Shown piece after piece: positions 41,384-51,928 of a DNA stretch of 64,000 nt (position 1 is the first letter of the stretch; each line of letters starts with the position of its first letter). Location of the stretch: the NCBI GenBank assembly GCA_963772455.1, contig CAVYXJ010000010.1, forward strand, positions 320,001 to 384,000. The letters are read 5' to 3'. Position numbers and translations under genes: made by a program. This DNA is from Candidatus Bathyarchaeota archaeon. Lineage in GTDB: Archaea; Thermoproteota; Bathyarchaeia; Bathyarchaeales; Bathycorpusculaceae. The notes under the pieces are model-generated. The model ran no database searches. It had not been told where the DNA came from and worked only from the letters and a program-made list of their open reading frames with translations.

Positions 41384-41647
41384 ATGGCAACGTCGAAAGT
41401 TGATCGAAAACATCGAATAGTCATAGACGAACAAACCAGAGCAAAAACTCACCTCAAAGCAGGCGATACTGTAATAATTGAACCGCTAGACAGTCACAGC
41501 TTTAAAGATACTTTGTCAGACTTTACATCAGAAAAAGTCGAAGATGACCCAGCGAGGAAGATGCGCCACAAACCCGCCAAAATCAAGCATTACATTCCGC
41601 CCGAGGAACTCGAAAAAATCATGGAAGAAACGATGTGGGAAGAATAA
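41384..41647 (+). CDS. AbrB/MazE-family antitoxin-like protein (orphan)
   Basis: SKVDRKHRIVI..RAKTHLKAGDTV. Confidence 0.75.
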   Translation: MATSKVDRKHRIVIDEQTRAKTHLKAGDTVIIEPLDSHSFKDTLSDFTSEKVEDDPARKMRHKPAKIKHYIPPEELEKIMEETMWEE

Positions 41648-41679
41648 CTAACCCAGAAATCAAATTCCTGGACATGTGA
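41635..41679 (+). pseudogene. Possible 5' stub of a deleted PIN/VapC toxin
   Basis: Overlapping GTG frame reads GRITNPEIKFLDM*, resembling the first PIN strand (FLDxN). Confidence 0.35.
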
Positions 41680-41778
41680 GGATTTCGCTCATTATAACTA
41701 GACCAGCTACGTTTGGTTTGGCATTCTTTGATTACCTTTGGGTGTGTCTTTTCTCAGGATTAAAAAACTTGATGTTTT

Positions 41779-42144
41779 TTAGAGTTCAAGCAGGATTTTT
41801 TTGAACTGAGGTTTTAAGTTGGGTAAAACATTAATTGCCATATTCCACATGGCGTTGGGGTCAGAACCAAAGTATTCGTGTGTTAACTCGCTTCGAAGTT
41901 CGCTTAGTTCTTTATAGGGTATCCGATAATGGTAAAATCGTGATTTGATGCCTGAATGCTTCGCCAAAACTCTTGCAGCTTCGCCGATGTTCCGAAGGTT
42001 AGCATCCACCGCATCAATTCTTAAGTGGTCTTCAGCAAAAGCTTCTTGAGTTAACCCTTTGGTGTACTTCTCTATTTTTTCTATACTGTCAATAATTTCG
42101 GTCAGGTATAAACGAGGACTTCTTTCAAGGTGATCGCTTTTCAT
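41779..42144 (-). CDS. HEPN/DUF86 ribonuclease toxin (HepT-like)
   Basis: YLTEII, DAV..LRNIGEA, Rx4H motif RSELTH followed by EYF. Confidence 0.9.
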   Translation of the reverse strand: MKSDHLERSPRLYLTEIIDSIEKIEKYTKGLTQEAFAEDHLRIDAVDANLRNIGEAARVLAKHSGIKSRFYHYRIPYKELSELRSELTHEYFGSDPNAMWNMAINVLPNLKPQFKKILLEL

Positions 42145-42437
42145 ACGGGTATAGCTTCCTTGAGCACCTCATCTTTTATGTGCCTGTTCAGGAACTCTTT
42201 GGATACAACATCCACTTTAACGCCTAGTTTTCTTCTAAGATATTTTTTTAAGCCTATGATCGTAAAATAATCGTAATTCGTCGTTGAGTAAGTGACCAGT
42301 AGGTCTATGTCGCTTTTTTCGTTGGCTTGATTTCTTGCGTATGAACCGAAGATGTCTATAGTTTCGACTTGGAAGCGTTTCTTTAACGTGGGCTTTAGTG
42401 TTTCAAGCTCTTTTTTTATTTCTTCAAGAGTTTTCAT
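42141..42437 (-). CDS. Minimal nucleotidyltransferase antitoxin (MntA-like)
   Basis: FGSYAR..SDIDLLV, VDVV; ATGA overlap with the HEPN gene. Confidence 0.92.
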   Translation of the reverse strand: MKTLEEIKKELETLKPTLKKRFQVETIDIFGSYARNQANEKSDIDLLVTYSTTNYDYFTIIGLKKYLRRKLGVKVDVVSKEFLNRHIKDEVLKEAIPV

Positions 42438-42500
42438 TGGGTTTCATTATGGTTGATGTTATTTAAAAGCGTTAAAAAACTATATTGGAAAAAAGGATTT

Positions 42501-42887
42501 CTAAAATAAAGTGACGGTGTCGTTTTCAATAATTACTTTATTGCCTGTTTTGATTTTGCTTACGTCGATTTTGTCTATGAAGGGGATTTCGCTAATGATG
42601 GCTCCGACGGCAACGATGGTTTCGGTTTCTTTGTTTATCATGCCTGCGGGTGCTGCACCGTTCTTTTTTAGGCGGTAGAGTGTGTAGCTGCCCACTGTGC
42701 TGCCTTTGCCTTGTGGGAAAACTAGGATTTTGCCTTTGACGCTTTGTCCTTGGAGTTCGTGTCCTTTTTCGGTGACTACGCCTGTGTTGGGATCTACGCC
42801 GCCATAGAATGAAATTGGCTGTGTAGTGACGAGTGCTTCGCCTTCGGCTTTGCCTTTGTAGATTATTCTGCCTTTTAGCTGTTCCAT
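42501..42887 (-). CDS. Phosphomevalonate dehydratase small subunit (aconitase X swivel, DUF126)
   Basis: [24 protein letters not shown]; true start at MEQLKGR. Confidence 0.9.
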   Translation of the reverse strand: MEQLKGRIIYKGKAEGEALVTTQPISFYGGVDPNTGVVTEKGHELQGQSVKGKILVFPQGKGSTVGSYTLYRLKKNGAAPAGMINKETETIVAVGAIISEIPFIDKIDVSKIKTGNKVIIENDTVTLF

Positions 42888-44074
42888 TTTCCAGTCACCG
42901 CTGCTTGGACGCATTCTTTCATGCTTCCCATTTTTGTTTTCATAAGGTTTTGCCTTGAATAGAAACATCCCTTTGCGGATGTGGTTGCTAAGGATTTGAA
43001 TCTGCCTTTTAGAGGTGCGACTGCCATGCAGGTGTCGCATGCAAATTTGGCTCCAGATGCCTCAATGACTTCGGTGTAGCCGCGTTTATCTGCAAGTTGC
43101 TTGGCAGTTCGGGATGTAGCAACCCAAAACTCTGTGCCCTGTGCCACCTGTTTGCCTTTCACTAATTCTGCGATTTCAGAAATTTCTTTAATTGAGCAAT
43201 GTGGGCATCCTACGCAGACAAGTTCAATCTCTGAAACGTCGTCGTTGATGTTGTCGTAGGCGTTTTTCAGGTCGTTTTGTTCAATTACGACTTTTTCTTT
43301 TAGTTGGGGTTGTTGTTCTGCTCCAGGCGTTACGCCCTTCATGTAGAAAAGTGGTTTAGCGCCGTAAGTAACAACAGAAGCGCAGAATGATTTTAGTTCG
43401 TCAAGTTCTGCTGCTTTTATGCCTGTGATGTATGGGATTTTGTTTTCTGCTTTCTTTCCTATTGCGTATCCAAGTGCTCCCCAATCGGATAGTTTGGTTA
43501 ATTCTGCATTAACCTCGACTAAGACATCTGGTGCGCGGTTTTCATCTAGATGCAATCCGTAATTTGGGGTTTTGCCAACAAAAGCTGCTGCAAGTGCTGA
43601 TGGTCCGCCTTCGCGGTTTGTTCTTGCGCCTAAAATTGAGTTTGCGAATGTTACTGCGCTGCTTTCTGACCATGCGAGGTGTTCGCCGTATAGTGGAAGG
43701 TTGCCGATTAGGTATGGTGTGCAGGTGCAGCTGATTAGGATGCCCATGCGTCTGAAGGCGTCGATTACTAGATTTTGTTTTTCGGCAAATTCTGGGCTTA
43801 TGCCGAGTTGCTGCCAATTTTCAAGATCCATTCCTGCTGGGTTTAATGTGGTTAAAACTTTGACTCTGCCGTCGACAGCTAGCTCGTTTAGGAATTCTAA
43901 TCCTGCGTCGCCAAGATTATGGTAAGATACTCCTGCTACTTGGACGCTTCCTACTTTGATTAGGTCTTTTGCTCCAAAGATTTCGCCTAATGCAACGAGG
44001 ATTTCCATGCTTTTTCGGACGGCGTAGCCTTCTTTGCCGTCCAGCATTGCTTGTTCTTGTTTAGTTAACTCCAT
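42875..44074 (-). CDS. Phosphomevalonate dehydratase large subunit (aconitase X, DUF521)
   Basis: [35 protein letters not shown]; alternative GTG start at 44083. Confidence 0.9.
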   Translation of the reverse strand: MELTKQEQAMLDGKEGYAVRKSMEILVALGEIFGAKDLIKVGSVQVAGVSYHNLGDAGLEFLNELAVDGRVKVLTTLNPAGMDLENWQQLGISPEFAEKQNLVIDAFRRMGILISCTCTPYLIGNLPLYGEHLAWSESSAVTFANSILGARTNREGGPSALAAAFVGKTPNYGLHLDENRAPDVLVEVNAELTKLSDWGALGYAIGKKAENKIPYITGIKAAELDELKSFCASVVTYGAKPLFYMKGVTPGAEQQPQLKEKVVIEQNDLKNAYDNINDDVSEIELVCVGCPHCSIKEISEIAELVKGKQVAQGTEFWVATSRTAKQLADKRGYTEVIEASGAKFACDTCMAVAPLKGRFKSLATTSAKGCFYSRQNLMKTKMGSMKECVQAAVTGKWNS

Positions 44075-44079
44075 ATTTT

Positions 44080-44349
44080 TCACTCGGTGTATCCTGTTTC
44101 ATATGCCCATTTCTTCATTTTATCGCTTACTTTTGGGTCTTTAGTACGTAAACGAAGGTAAGCTATTACAAAGTTTGCTTATACATGTCCTAGGACGATT
44201 TCTTCTTTAAGCCACATCAGAAGCTCCTTATGCGCCGCGACGATTTTGTCTTCTTTTATGAATCCCTTCTGGGTTGCTATGCTGTAGAGGTCTTCTTGGG
44301 TTTTCCCAGATTTTTCCTCAACTCCTTGCATATACGCTTTGTAACTCAT
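44080..44349 (-). pseudogene. DUF4287-like protein with an internal TAA
   Basis: MSYKAY..KSGKT..WLKEEIVLGHV*ANFVIAYLRLR..WAYETGYTE*; frame continues past the stop at 44179-81. Confidence 0.65.
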
Positions 44350-44360
44350 TTTCCTCACCA

Positions 44361-45668
44361 TTATAGGTATTTGTTTAGGTCAATTTTGATGTAGTCTACT
44401 TTCTTAAAGCCCTTGCCTGTGGATACCATTGGTGCGGTGGCGTCTAAGCCTGCTTTGGCTGTTGTTGCTTTTTTGCCTTCTGAGAGGTTGCCTGATGGGT
44501 CAAGTGAGGAGCCTGGTTGGTTTGAGAGGATTATTGTGTTTTTGTCGGCTTGGAGTCTTGTTGCGATTGCCCATTCCACGTCGTGTGGGTCATAGATGTT
44601 GATGTCTTCGTCTACTACGACGCAGTGTTTGAGTGATCCATGTCCTTTGAATGCGGCGGCGATTGCTTTTTTGCCGTCGTCGGCGTTTATCTTTTTGATT
44701 TGCACTACTGCGTGGAGCCAGCTGCATCCGCCAGGTGTTATGTAGACGTCTTTGCATTGGCAGACTTTGCCCACTTCGTTGTAGATGGTGGGTTCTTTTG
44801 GCATACCCATTAGGAACTTGTGTTCGTTTTTGCCTGCGAGTATGGTTTGGTAAATTGGGTTTTTGCGGTGTGTGATGCATTTGATTTCTACGACGGGTTG
44901 TTGGCGTTCGCGGTCAACGATGCCAGTTAAGTCGAGGAAGGGTCCTTCGGTGGCTTTTTCTTTGGTTATTGTGCCTTCGAGTACAAATTCGGCGTTTGCG
45001 GGAACTTCTAAATCGATGGTTTTGCATTTTACAAGGTCTGTTTGCTCTAATGCGTTTGCCATTCCCAGCTCATCCACGCCCGTGGGCAGGGTTGTTGCTG
45101 CCGAAATCAGCGTTGCAGTTGAGTTGCCTATGCAGAATGCTATATCCAGCTCTCCGCCTGCCTTCTTTAGTGCTGAGTCGGTGCCTCGGTTCTCGACGAT
45201 ACGGGCGACAAAATGGTTTTTGTCTTTAAGCATGAGTCTGTGGAAACACATGTTTCTTCCCAATTGTGGGTCTTTGACGATGGCTACGGCTGAGGCTATG
45301 TATTTTCCACCGTCTTTTTCGGTGTAGTGCATGATGGGTAACTTTGTTAAATCAACTGTTTGTTCTACAATTTCTTGGCATGCAGCGTTTTCAACCATTT
45401 TTGGTGTAGTTGGTTTTTCGATGGCGTTGAGAAGTTTGGGTAGAAGCTGATCTTTTGTAATGCCCATTGATCGACAGATTAGATCTTTAGAGGACATGAG
45501 ACCAGCCACGACGGGGTAGCTGGATTCTTTAACGTTTTCAAAAAAGACTGGTTTTTCGCTTAAAGCTGCAATTATGCCTGCCATCTCATATTCGGTTGAG
45601 ACTGGCTTTGTAATCTTTGTTAATTCATTATTCTTTTGGAGTTGTTCCATGAAGTCTCTTAAGCCCAT
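44361..45668 (-). CDS. UbiD-family decarboxylase, probable trans-anhydromevalonate phosphate decarboxylase
   Basis: DGGKY, FHR, EFVLEG, EGPFLD, VDEDI..VEWA..TR, GSSLDPS; next to the PMDh genes. Confidence 0.85.
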   Translation of the reverse strand: MGLRDFMEQLQKNNELTKITKPVSTEYEMAGIIAALSEKPVFFENVKESSYPVVAGLMSSKDLICRSMGITKDQLLPKLLNAIEKPTTPKMVENAACQEIVEQTVDLTKLPIMHYTEKDGGKYIASAVAIVKDPQLGRNMCFHRLMLKDKNHFVARIVENRGTDSALKKAGGELDIAFCIGNSTATLISAATTLPTGVDELGMANALEQTDLVKCKTIDLEVPANAEFVLEGTITKEKATEGPFLDLTGIVDRERQQPVVEIKCITHRKNPIYQTILAGKNEHKFLMGMPKEPTIYNEVGKVCQCKDVYITPGGCSWLHAVVQIKKINADDGKKAIAAAFKGHGSLKHCVVVDEDINIYDPHDVEWAIATRLQADKNTIILSNQPGSSLDPSGNLSEGKKATTAKAGLDATAPMVSTGKGFKKVDYIKIDLNKYL

Positions 45669-45740
45669 TTGATTCGCCTTAAGAGCAATTTACTTGTTTT
45701 CTTTCTTAAATAACAATCGCAAAATTTCTTTTGTTCTTTT

Positions 45741-45900
45741 TGTGTGGGTGTGGTGGGATAAATTTGCACACATCACTTTGGGCTTTGGATTTGGTTGGTT
45801 TTTTGGTTTGGGTTGTTTTTCTTTTTGTGTTATGAGTGTGGGAAGAGGTTTGGTCCACAAAGTCAACATGGGTTCTATGTTGAGATGTGTGGGTGTGGTG
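45741..45900 (+). other. G/T-skewed structured noncoding element with 15-bp direct repeats
   Basis: TGTGTGGGTGTGGTG at 45741 and 45886; nested pairings 45767-74/45884-91 and 45775-80/45858-63; hairpin 45863-83. Confidence 0.5.
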
Positions 45901-45946
45901 TGGGAGTTTGTGGCGTCTTTAATTGGTTTTATATATTGATTAGCTA

Positions 45947-45973
45947 AAAAGTATAAATTACTGTTGTACTTTT
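45947..45973 (+). promoter_or_regulatory. vapBC operator overlapping the TATA box
   Basis: AAAAGTATAA / TTGTACTTTT inverted repeat, one mismatch. Confidence 0.5.
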
Positions 45974-45993
45974 GTATAACTTAAGGTGGGAAA

Positions 45994-46239
45994 TTGATAG
46001 AGGAAGAGATGAAAGTTGGACCAAAAGGCCAAGTTGTCATTCCAAGAGTCATGCGAAAAGCGCTTAAGATTAGTCCTGGCTCCAAGGTGTTGTTCAAATT
46101 GGACGATGGAAAGCTGATTTTGGAGAAACCAAGCGTTGATGCTGTAGCTGTTTTCAGAAAAATTGCCAAAAAAATCAGCTATAACGAAAAAATAGATCCA
46201 CATCAGTACCAAGAAGAGATTGAAGCGAGAAATCCTTAA
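45994..46239 (+). CDS. vapB: AbrB-type VapB antitoxin
   Basis: KVGPKGQVVIP..RKALKI.PG. Confidence 0.9.
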   Translation: MIEEEMKVGPKGQVVIPRVMRKALKISPGSKVLFKLDDGKLILEKPSVDAVAVFRKIAKKISYNEKIDPHQYQEEIEARNP

Positions 46240-46635
46240 ATGATCTATATCGATTCCAACGTCTTTGTTTACGCAATCTTAAATACAGAAGAGATTGGAG
46301 AAAAAGCAAGGTCTTTGCTTCAAAGAATTCAACAGGGAGACGAGAAAGCAGAAACCTCAGCGTTGACTTTTGATGAAGTATTTTGGGCAATAAAGAAAAT
46401 TGATTTTGAAGCAGCGCTTGAAGCAGCCCAAGCGCTCTTGAACTTTCCTAATTTGGAAATCGTTTCTGTCGACCGAGACCTATCCCTATCAGCTCTACAA
46501 ATAATCAAGGAATATCATTTAGATCCAAGAGACGCCATTCACGCTGCAACGGCAATTGCTGGAAAGGCAGAAGTTGTGGTTTCAACAGATCCACATTTTG
46601 ATAAGTTAAAGGAACTTAAAAGAAGGTCACTTTAG
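46240..46635 (+). CDS. vapC: PIN-domain VapC toxin
   Basis: YIDSNVF, TFDEV, RDAIHAATA, STDPHFD. Confidence 0.93.
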   Translation: MIYIDSNVFVYAILNTEEIGEKARSLLQRIQQGDEKAETSALTFDEVFWAIKKIDFEAALEAAQALLNFPNLEIVSVDRDLSLSALQIIKEYHLDPRDAIHAATAIAGKAEVVVSTDPHFDKLKELKRRSL

Positions 46636-46677
46636 CCTTAAAACCATAAGATCGCTCAGTTTATTCAAGAAGGATAG

Positions 46678-47232
46678 CCACCCAACTCCTCAAACATCAT
46701 CAAAGCCACGACAGATCAAGGAACACAAATTGAACTATCAATCAAAGGAAACATAGCAAGCACCCAAATCTCAAACACCACCATCACAACAAATCAAACA
46801 ACCTCAAAAACAACAATCGCGTTCACCCTAACAGGGCAACCTGGAACAACGGGATTTGCCAACCTCACAATCCCAAAAAATACAATACCCTATGATGGAG
46901 CCCCAACAGTATACTTTGATCGCACGATAGTTCAAAATCAAGGCTTCTCAATGGATGACAATAATTTTTACGTATGGTACGAAACGCATTTCAGTATACA
47001 TCAAATGGAAATCGTATTCATGCCATTTTCTACTACGTTCACGCCGTTGCCTGAATCTCAAAATTCGCTTCCAAGTTTAGGTTTAGTGGAAATTGCTGTC
47101 TTAACGTTGATGTGTGTTCTCGTTGCTACCGTGATTTATGTAGCGGTGAGGAATAAAAGAAGGCCAAAGAGCCGCCTTGAGGGCATAGAGGTTGGAAGGT
47201 TTACTTATTTTTTCAATGCAGCTAAGACATAG
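46678..47232 (+). pseudogene. 5'-truncated C-terminal module of a membrane-anchored surface protein
   Basis: Open frame with no start codon until 46951: KATTDQG..FTLTGQPGTTGFANLTIPK..YVWYETHFS, then TM helix and RNKRR. Confidence 0.65.
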
Positions 47233-47442
47233 AGAATTCAAGAAGCTCTAAAATTACGTGACAGAACCTTTACCGACATGCGATATCTGATTTTCTGGAA
47301 GTACTCGATGAAAAGAGCTGGATATGAAAAGGTAGCTGAATACATTATAATGCCTGAGACCCTGAAAAAATACTTTTTTTAATGATTACATTAATATCGG
47401 CTTTTCTAAACTATTTAACATGTTAAAAAAGAGGGTTAAAGG

Positions 47443-48706
47443 CTGAAAATTAGAGTATTAGGTGCCGCAAGAGAAGTGGGCGGTTCCTGCATTGAAGTTG
47501 CAACAGACCGCTCCAAGGTCGCCTTAGATTACGGTATAAAACTTGAAGGCACAACTGATGAATACCCCAAAAATTTTGACGCAATAATAGTTAGCCACGC
47601 CCACTTAGACCATTCAGGAAGCCTTCTGCGACTATCAAAATCCAGCAACAAACAGGTCATTTTAGGATCAAAGATTACTCGAGATGTCACCGTTGAATTG
47701 CTAAAAGACATGATTAAGGTTAACGAGTTTAATGGTACGCCACTGGGCTATGACAACCAAACAGTTGACCAAGTGAGTGGATCATGGAACCCAACAGATA
47801 AAATGGCTTTGCCGGACATGAACATTGAATTATATCCTGCTGGACATGTTGCTGGCGCCGCCATGACAAGTATTCAAGCAGAAGGAAAAACTCTACTTTA
47901 CACCGGCGATTTTTGCCTGCATGACACAGAAATTTTTACAGGCTGCAACCCTAAACTGCTCCCCAAACAACCAGATGTCCTCATTTCCGAGTCAACATAT
48001 GGCGGAACAATAAGGCAGCAACGAAGCGAACTCATAGACAAACTGTTCTCGGAGATTAGCTACACAATCAAGCATAGAGGCAACGTTTTGATTCCCACTT
48101 TCGCGTTCCACAGAAGCCAAGAGATGGCTAAACAAATAGACCAAGCTATTGAAAACGGAATCATCCCTAAACGCAACGTTTACATGGTTTCAAAACTCGC
48201 AAACAAAATAACAAAAATCTTCAACAACAACGCAGATCTGTTCAAGCAACAGATGCCGCAAAGGACAAAACCGTTTGAGTACAAGTATGTGCAAGAAATT
48301 GATCAAACAGCCGAAATTGACGAGCCAGCTATAGTTATTTGCACACCAGGGTTTGGTCATGCAGGGGCAAGTCTTAGCTTACTTAATGCATGGGCTGAAT
48401 TTGAAGAAAACACGATAATTGTAACTTCAGCTTACTTGCCCCAAGATAGTCCCCTAAGACTTGCGAAAGATAAGCATTACATAAAAGTCGATAGCGAAAG
48501 GTATCCAGTAAATGCAAAGATTGTCCAAATCGAACTCTCAGGGCATGCTGACCAACGCGAACTTGTAGAGTTAATAGAGTACCTCAAGCCTAAGCGAACA
48601 GTTCTTGTTCATGGCGATTTAAAGCAGGCAGAGGAACTTTCCAGAGCAGGTTTCCGACTTAACTGAAGTTAGTATTCCAGAAAAAAATGAAAGCATAACT
48701 ATATAG
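47443..48706 (+). CDS. MBL-fold beta-CASP ribonuclease (3' frameshift near 48642)
   Basis: CTG start gives KIRVLGAAREVGGSC; SHAHLDH, AGHVAG, YTGD, ESTYG, SGHAD, VHG; shifted frame ends EVSIPEKNESITI*. Confidence 0.85.
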
Positions 48707-48763
48707 CGAAAAGTGAGCTTAAAAACTCACATTTCAAAGATAGGCTTAAAAAAAGCCATCGAC

Positions 48764-49709
48764 TTAGGTTTCAACGCCTATTCGGGTTATTAAAACCTCA
48801 AAGCCCAAGCCTTTAATGGCGTCTGCAACTTTGCTCTGCAACTCTTTGCCCGGAGTCAACGCAAACATGCATCCTCCACCTCCGCCACCCGTCAATTTAG
48901 CGCCAAACGCTCCTTCTTTTCTGGCTAATTCAACAAGTAGGTCGAGTTCTTTGCTTGATACCTCGATTTCTTGGAGTAGACGATGGTTTTCGTTCATGAG
49001 TTCACCGATTTTTTTAAGATTGATAAAATTCCAGTGCTGCTCTGCCCTCATAGGCAAGTTCTTCTGCTCGTTTGAAAGATCTGCGTTGTACTTTTGTGGG
49101 ATTTTTGTTTTTGCGTTCAGTCAACGCCTTCAACCATGGCTTTGGTGTTGGCTACTTTGCCTGTGCTTCCGATGACTATTTCGACTGGCTGCCTCAATGC
49201 TTAAAGGTTCAACTTTGTCTTGTCCGCCAGCCAAGGTTTTTCTTAAACCACATAAGTCCGCCATAAGTGGCAGCGGTGTTGTCGATGCCTGAAGGGGTGC
49301 CTGCGTAGGCTTTTTCTGCTTCGTAGGCAACTTGATTGATTTTTTCATTAGCGATTTTCATGCCGAGTTCTTGGGCGATGGCACGTGCGATGGCAACGCT
49401 GCTTGCTGCCGAAGCGCCAAGTCCACTAAAGCCTGGCAAGGAGCCACCGACCCAAATGTCTAATGCTATTTTGGGGTCAATTCCCATGGCTTTTAGCATT
49501 CTTTCAATTGATTCCAATTGTTGAAGTCTTTTTTCTTCACTGTATCCCTTTGCGGTTTTTCGTTCATCTCTAACGTTGATTCCACTTTTTGCTTTTTTTA
49601 CTTCTGCATCAGTCGTGGAATCAATAGCTGACACAATTCCTGGGACACCGTGAACTACAAAATGTTCGCCGAACAAAATTACTTTTCCATAACCTGAACC
49701 TTTACCCAT
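48764..49709 (-). CDS. mvk: Mevalonate kinase (several single-base frameshifts, probable assembly errors)
   Basis: GKVILFGEHFVVHG, GLGASAA, PSGID, GAKLTGGGGGG spread over three ORF fragments. Confidence 0.88.
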
Positions 49710-49887
49710 TAATGTTACACCTTGAATTGTAGCAATGCGCTGTTTAGATAAAAATGTTCGTTTACAAACTAATATAGCAACAGAAACCCTTTCTAAAACG
49801 GCAATTTAACCGTTCGATTTACAAGGTTAAGTTTTCCGAAACCTAAAATAAGCGCGCAACAAAATTATAGCCACTTGAGGTAAAAGC

Positions 49888-51140
49888 TTGTCCTCCATCA
49901 TCGAAGACCTCATTGCTAGAAAAATCTTCAACAACCGCGGAGAAGAAACCATAGAGGTCGATGTAATCACCGCTTCCGGGTTCGGAAGGGCAGCTGCTCC
50001 AGCAGGCAAAAGCCGTGGAAAAGCAGAAGTAGCTTATTATCCACAGGGTGGAGTGGAGCAAGCTATCAAAAAAGTTGACGATTTAATTGCTCCTGAACTT
50101 GCAGGGTTAAACGCTGATTTTCAAGAAGAAATCGATAATACCCTTCACGAAATAGATGGGACTACTGATTTCAAAAACATTGGCGGAAACACTGCTTTCG
50201 CTATTTCTCTATCCAATGCTGAAGCCGCTGCAAATAGTCACAGTTTACTTTTGTTCCAATTTCTTGGGGGAAACGCAGCAAACACTCTGCCTTATCCGTT
50301 GGGCAACTGCATAAGCGGCGGCCAACATGCACGAGGCAAATCACCCGACATCCAAGAATATCTTGCATTGCCGTTTGGAGCAGAAAGTTTTCTTGAAGCC
50401 CAAACCGCCAACACACAAATCCACAAAAAATCGGGGATTACCTAAAAAAGAAAAGCACCACTTTTAACGGTGGAAAAAGCGACGAAGGCGCATGGATAGC
50501 CAACATCGACACTGTCGACGCCTTTGAGGTTATGGCTAAAGCTTGTGAAGAAGTCGGTAATGAACTGGATTTTGAATGCGGTTTTGGCATTGATGTGGCT
50601 GCTTCATCTTTTTGGAAGCCAAAAGAAGAAAAATACAATTATGAAAGCGAAGGCAAGAAACGCGATACTGCTGAACAACTTGAGTTTATGTTGGAGTTAA
50701 TTGAAAAGTACCATCTTGCCTACGTTGAGGATCCATTTAATGAAGATGACTTTGACAGCTTCTCCGAGTTAACTCGCAAATCCAAGAACTGCCTGATTTG
50801 CGGAGACGATTTGTTCACAACTAGTACTGAAAGGTTAAATAATGGAATTAAGATTAACGCTGGAAACGCTATCATCATCAAAGTCAACCAGATAGGCACC
50901 TTAACTGATGCAACTGAAACAATCGAGCTGGCGCAACGTCACGGTTACGACGCTGTCGTATCTCATCGATCCGGCGATACATGCGATTGGCACATAGCTC
51001 ATTTGGCTGTAGCATACAAATGCCCACTTATCAAAACAGGCGTGGTTGAAGGAGCACGTATAGCCAAATTAAACGAGCTAATCCGAATTGAACATTTCCT
51101 TGGTAACAGAGCCAAAATGGCAGATTTAAAAATACGTTAA
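49888..51140 (+). CDS. eno: Enolase (one frameshift in the A-run at 50425-50430)
   Basis: GGQH, DIQEY, SDEG, DVAAS, EDP, GDD, KVNQIG, SHRSG, KTG. Confidence 0.92.
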
Positions 51141-51156
51141 GAGAAGATGAAAAGTA

Positions 51157-51924
51157 ATGTCTGAAGATGAAGGAAAAGAAAATCAACCAGTTGAAGACCA
51201 AGAAGAGGAAGCTGAAGAGGCTCCTTTAGAGGAAACAACTGAAACCATTAGCACTGAGCCTGAAGCCGAAGAGGAAGAAGAAACTCAGGAAGCGCAAGCT
51301 CCAGAAGAAACACTTCTTTTACCCCGAGACACACTCCTATCAGCAGGTATCCATATTGGAACAAGGATGAAAACCCTTGACATGGAACCATTCATCTACC
51401 GAGTACGCCCAGACGGCTTATTCGTTTTAGACGTTAAAAAAACAGATGACCGAATTAGAGCAACAGGAAAATTCCTATCACGCTACGAACCAGCAAGAGT
51501 AGCAGTTGCAGCAACAAGGCTTTATGCACATGAACCAGTCAAAATGTTCTGCAAGCTAACAGGCGCAACACCTCTAATCGGCAGATTCATCCCAGGCCAA
51601 CTCTCAAACCCACAATACTCAAGCCGCATAGACCCCGAAATCATACTTGTATGCGACCCAAGAGCAGATGCACAAGCAGTCAAAGAAGCATCCAAAGTCG
51701 GCATCCCAATCGTAGCCTTATGCAGCACCGACAACGAATTCGCAGGAGTAGACCTAGTTATCCCAACAAACAACAAAGGCAGAAGAGCCTTAGCAGTTGT
51801 ATTCTGGCTATTAGCACGACAAGTACTCCGAGAACGCGGCGAACTAGGCTTTGACAAAGATCCACCAGTAACCATCGAAGACTTCGAAGCTAAAGTAACA
51901 CGCGAAGACGAAGAAGAAGGCTAA
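51157..51924 (+). CDS. rps2: 30S ribosomal protein S2 with acidic N-terminal extension
   Basis: AGIHIGT, GRFIPG, DPRADAQAVKEA, IPTNNKG. Confidence 0.96.
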   Translation: MSEDEGKENQPVEDQEEEAEEAPLEETTETISTEPEAEEEEETQEAQAPEETLLLPRDTLLSAGIHIGTRMKTLDMEPFIYRVRPDGLFVLDVKKTDDRIRATGKFLSRYEPARVAVAATRLYAHEPVKMFCKLTGATPLIGRFIPGQLSNPQYSSRIDPEIILVCDPRADAQAVKEASKVGIPIVALCSTDNEFAGVDLVIPTNNKGRRALAVVFWLLARQVLRERGELGFDKDPPVTIEDFEAKVTREDEEEG

Positions 51925-51928
51925 AAAT

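Noticed and set aside
42888-43040. N-terminal extension of the aconitase X small subunit in the ORF track
   Set aside because: Overlaps the large-subunit gene; homology starts at MEQLKGR (42887)
45694-45939. 81-aa W/G/F-rich ORF
   Set aside because: By-product of the G/T-skewed noncoding element; no family resemblance
50420-50445. Programmed frameshift in enolase
   Set aside because: A single missing A in a homopolymer, within a tract of many other indels; no obvious stimulatory structure
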